Assembly: GCA_963764715.1 (NCBI GenBank)
Contig: CAVXTP010000017.1
Span: 65,524 to 129,523 of the forward strand
Source of the DNA: an uncultured Acidobacteriota bacterium
GTDB lineage: Bacteria > Acidobacteriota > Thermoanaerobaculia > UBA5066 > Gp7-AA6
Reading direction: 5' to 3'
Length of the DNA: 64,000 bases
Shown here: positions 62,588 through 64,000 of the stretch, piece after piece
Position numbering within the stretch: position 1 is the stretch's first letter
Layout of the letters: each line of letters opens with the position of its first letter
Program-made: the position numbers and the translations under genes
Notes under the pieces: model-generated
The model's input: only the letters and a program-made list of their open reading frames with translations
Told to the model about the DNA's origin: nothing
The model's database searches: none

Positions 62588-64000
62588 ATGCCGAAGCTCG
62601 GGCTGACGGGAGGCGGATTCTCCTCCCGCTCGATGCGCGCGGAGCGCCGCGGCCGCGCCGGCTCCGACCGGCCGGACGAAGCCGGCAGGCCGAAAAAGAA
62701 GCTGCCGGTAAAGGTCATCCTCCGGGACGCGTCCGAGCTCATCGCGGCACGCAAGGGCCGGCTCGCCCTCGGCTTCGGCCTTCTCCTCGTCAGCCGGCTC
62801 TGCGGCCTGGTGCTGCCCGGGACGACCAAGATCCTCCTGGACGACGTGATCGGGAAGGGGCGCCGCGACCTCCTCGTGACGATCGTCCTGGTTTCGGGGG
62901 CTGCAACCCTCGTCCAGGCGATCACCGGTTTCGCCCTCTCCCAGGTCCTCGGAAAGGCGGCCCAGCGCTCGATCACCGACATGCGCCGGTCGGTGCAGCG
63001 CCACGTGGGCCGTCTGAAGGTGGCCTTCTTCGACCAGACGAAGACGGGAATCCTCCTCTCCCGGGTCATGACCGACGCCGAAGGGGTCCGGAACCTCGTC
63101 GGCACCGGGCTCGTCGAGCTCGCCGGGGGGCTCGTCACCGCCCTCTTCGCCCTCGGAATCCTCTTCTATTTCAGCGCCAAGCTGACGCTCATCGCCCTCG
63201 CGGTCCTGTCCCTCTTCGGCCTCGTCCTGCTCTTCGCGTTCAAGACCCTCCGGCCGCTCTTCCGCGAGCGCTCGAAGATCAACGCCGAGGTCTCGGGACG
63301 CCTGACGGAGTCCTTCTCGGGGATCCGCGTGGTCAAGGCCTACCGGGCCGAGCGCCGGGAGGCCCTGGTCTTCACCCGGGGGGTCCACCGGCTCTTCAGC
63401 AACGTGGCGAAGACGATGACGGGCTTTTCCGCCGTGGCGGCCTTCTCGACGCTGCTGCTCGGCGTCGTGGGCGTCTCGATCATGTGGGTCGGCGCCCATG
63501 AGATCGAGGCCGGCCGCATGACGGTCGGCTCGTTCGTCTCGTTCACGCTGTACCTGGGCCTCCTCGTCGGGCCGGTGATCCAGATCGTCTCGATCGGCAG
63601 CCAGATCACCGAGGCCTTCGCCGGCCTCGAGCGGATCCGGGAGCTGCGGGACGAGCTCGCCGAGGACGCCGGCGACCGCGAGCGCGAGCCGCTCCCGCCG
63701 CTCGAAGGGAGAGTCGAGTTCCGGGACGTCTCCTTCTCCTACGAGGAGAACGTGCCGGTCCTGAACGACGTCTCGTTCGTCGCCTCGCCGGGGACCGTCA
63801 CGGCCCTCGTCGGCCCGTCGGGCTCGGGCAAGAGCACGATCATCGGCCTCGTCGCGGCCTTCCACCGGCCCACGGCGGGAACGATCTTCGTCGACGGCCG
63901 CGACCTCTCGAAGGTCCGCCTCTCCGACTACCGCGGCCAGATCGGGGTCGTCTTCCAGGACAACTTCCTCTTCGACGGCAGCGTTTACGAGAACATCGCC
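62588..64000 (+). CDS. ABC exporter, fused permease/ATPase (MsbA/ABCB-like); 3' end beyond the window
   Basis: My own translation from the ATG at 62588 gives MPKLGLTGGGFSSRS... It has six TM helices of the ABC_membrane type and the motif FFDQTKTGILLSRVMTDAEGVRN. The Walker A is GPSGSGKST at about 63810-63836. It is not in the ORF track because no stop lies in the window. Confidence 0.92.
   Translation, partial: MPKLGLTGGGFSSRSMRAERRGRAGSDRPDEAGRPKKKLPVKVILRDASELIAARKGRLALGFGLLLVSRLCGLVLPGTTKILLDDVIGKGRRDLLVTIVLVSGAATLVQAITGFALSQVLGKAAQRSITDMRRSVQRHVGRLKVAFFDQTKTGILLSRVMTDAEGVRNLVGTGLVELAGGLVTALFALGILFYFSAKLTLIALAVLSLFGLVLLFAFKTLRPLFRERSKINAEVSGRLTESFSGIRVVKAYRAERREALVFTRGVHRLFSNVAKTMTGFSAVAAFSTLLLGVVGVSIMWVGAHEIEAGRMTVGSFVSFTLYLGLLVGPVIQIVSIGSQITEAFAGLERIRELRDELAEDAGDREREPLPPLEGRVEFRDVSFSYEENVPVLNDVSFVASPGTVTALVGPSGSGKSTIIGLVAAFHRPTAGTIFVDGRDLSKVRLSDYRGQIGVVFQDNFLFDGSVYENIA

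Overview
A 64-kb stretch of very GC-rich (about 70% by eye) bacterial chromosome, densely packed with about 58 protein-coding genes. I found no rRNA, tRNA, CRISPR array, transposase or integrase. Real genes were picked out of a heavy background of long arginine-, proline- and glycine-rich antisense ORFs, which are typical of high-GC DNA. The criteria were recognisable motifs, GC-rich third codon positions, Shine-Dalgarno (SD) sequences, and 4-nt start/stop overlaps (17 junctions of type ATGA, GTGA or TTGA). Gene content suggests an environmental Gram-negative, possibly Acidobacteriota-like, but lineage cannot be fixed from the sequence alone.

Main blocks:
- 612-11229: dxs and ispH, followed by an inositol-centred cluster. 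It contains an MprF-type flippase-like membrane protein, an NTP-transferase, an ATP-grasp enzyme, a class-III aminotransferase, a Gfo/Idh/MocA dehydrogenase, a CDP-alcohol phosphatidyltransferase with a soluble N-domain, and myo-inositol-1-phosphate synthase (MIPS). I regard this as the best candidate for an undescribed pathway, making a modified inositol or aminocyclitol lipid or solute.
- 11357-12439: dinB, bracketed by related GC-rich palindromes.
- 20782-23521: an ECF sigma / anti-sigma / DUF4097 operon. The sigma gene appears to need a CTG start.
- 24263-32521: two tandem paralogous secreted proteins (CSLREA beta-helix, IPT domain, cysteine-rich SLH-like repeats), downstream of a propeller-type histidine kinase and a NarL-type regulator.
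- 32565-34379: a bacterial ACE-like M2 peptidase.
- 43207-44399: an exported MsrA/MsrB pair.
- 48164-55271: an eight-gene fatty-acid modification cluster (desaturase, FAD oxidoreductase, DUF1365, two CFA-synthase-family methyltransferases and small membrane proteins). It resembles the furan-fatty-acid (UfaD/UfaO/UfaM-type) gene set.
- 56224-59436: an amidase plus PlsB-like acyltransferase pair, flanked by inverted five-copy heptanucleotide tandem repeats.

Two apparent frame changes were seen: a C6 tract at 37153-37158, and 49062-49080 inside the desaturase gene. All functional calls rest on motif recognition from memory. No database search was possible.
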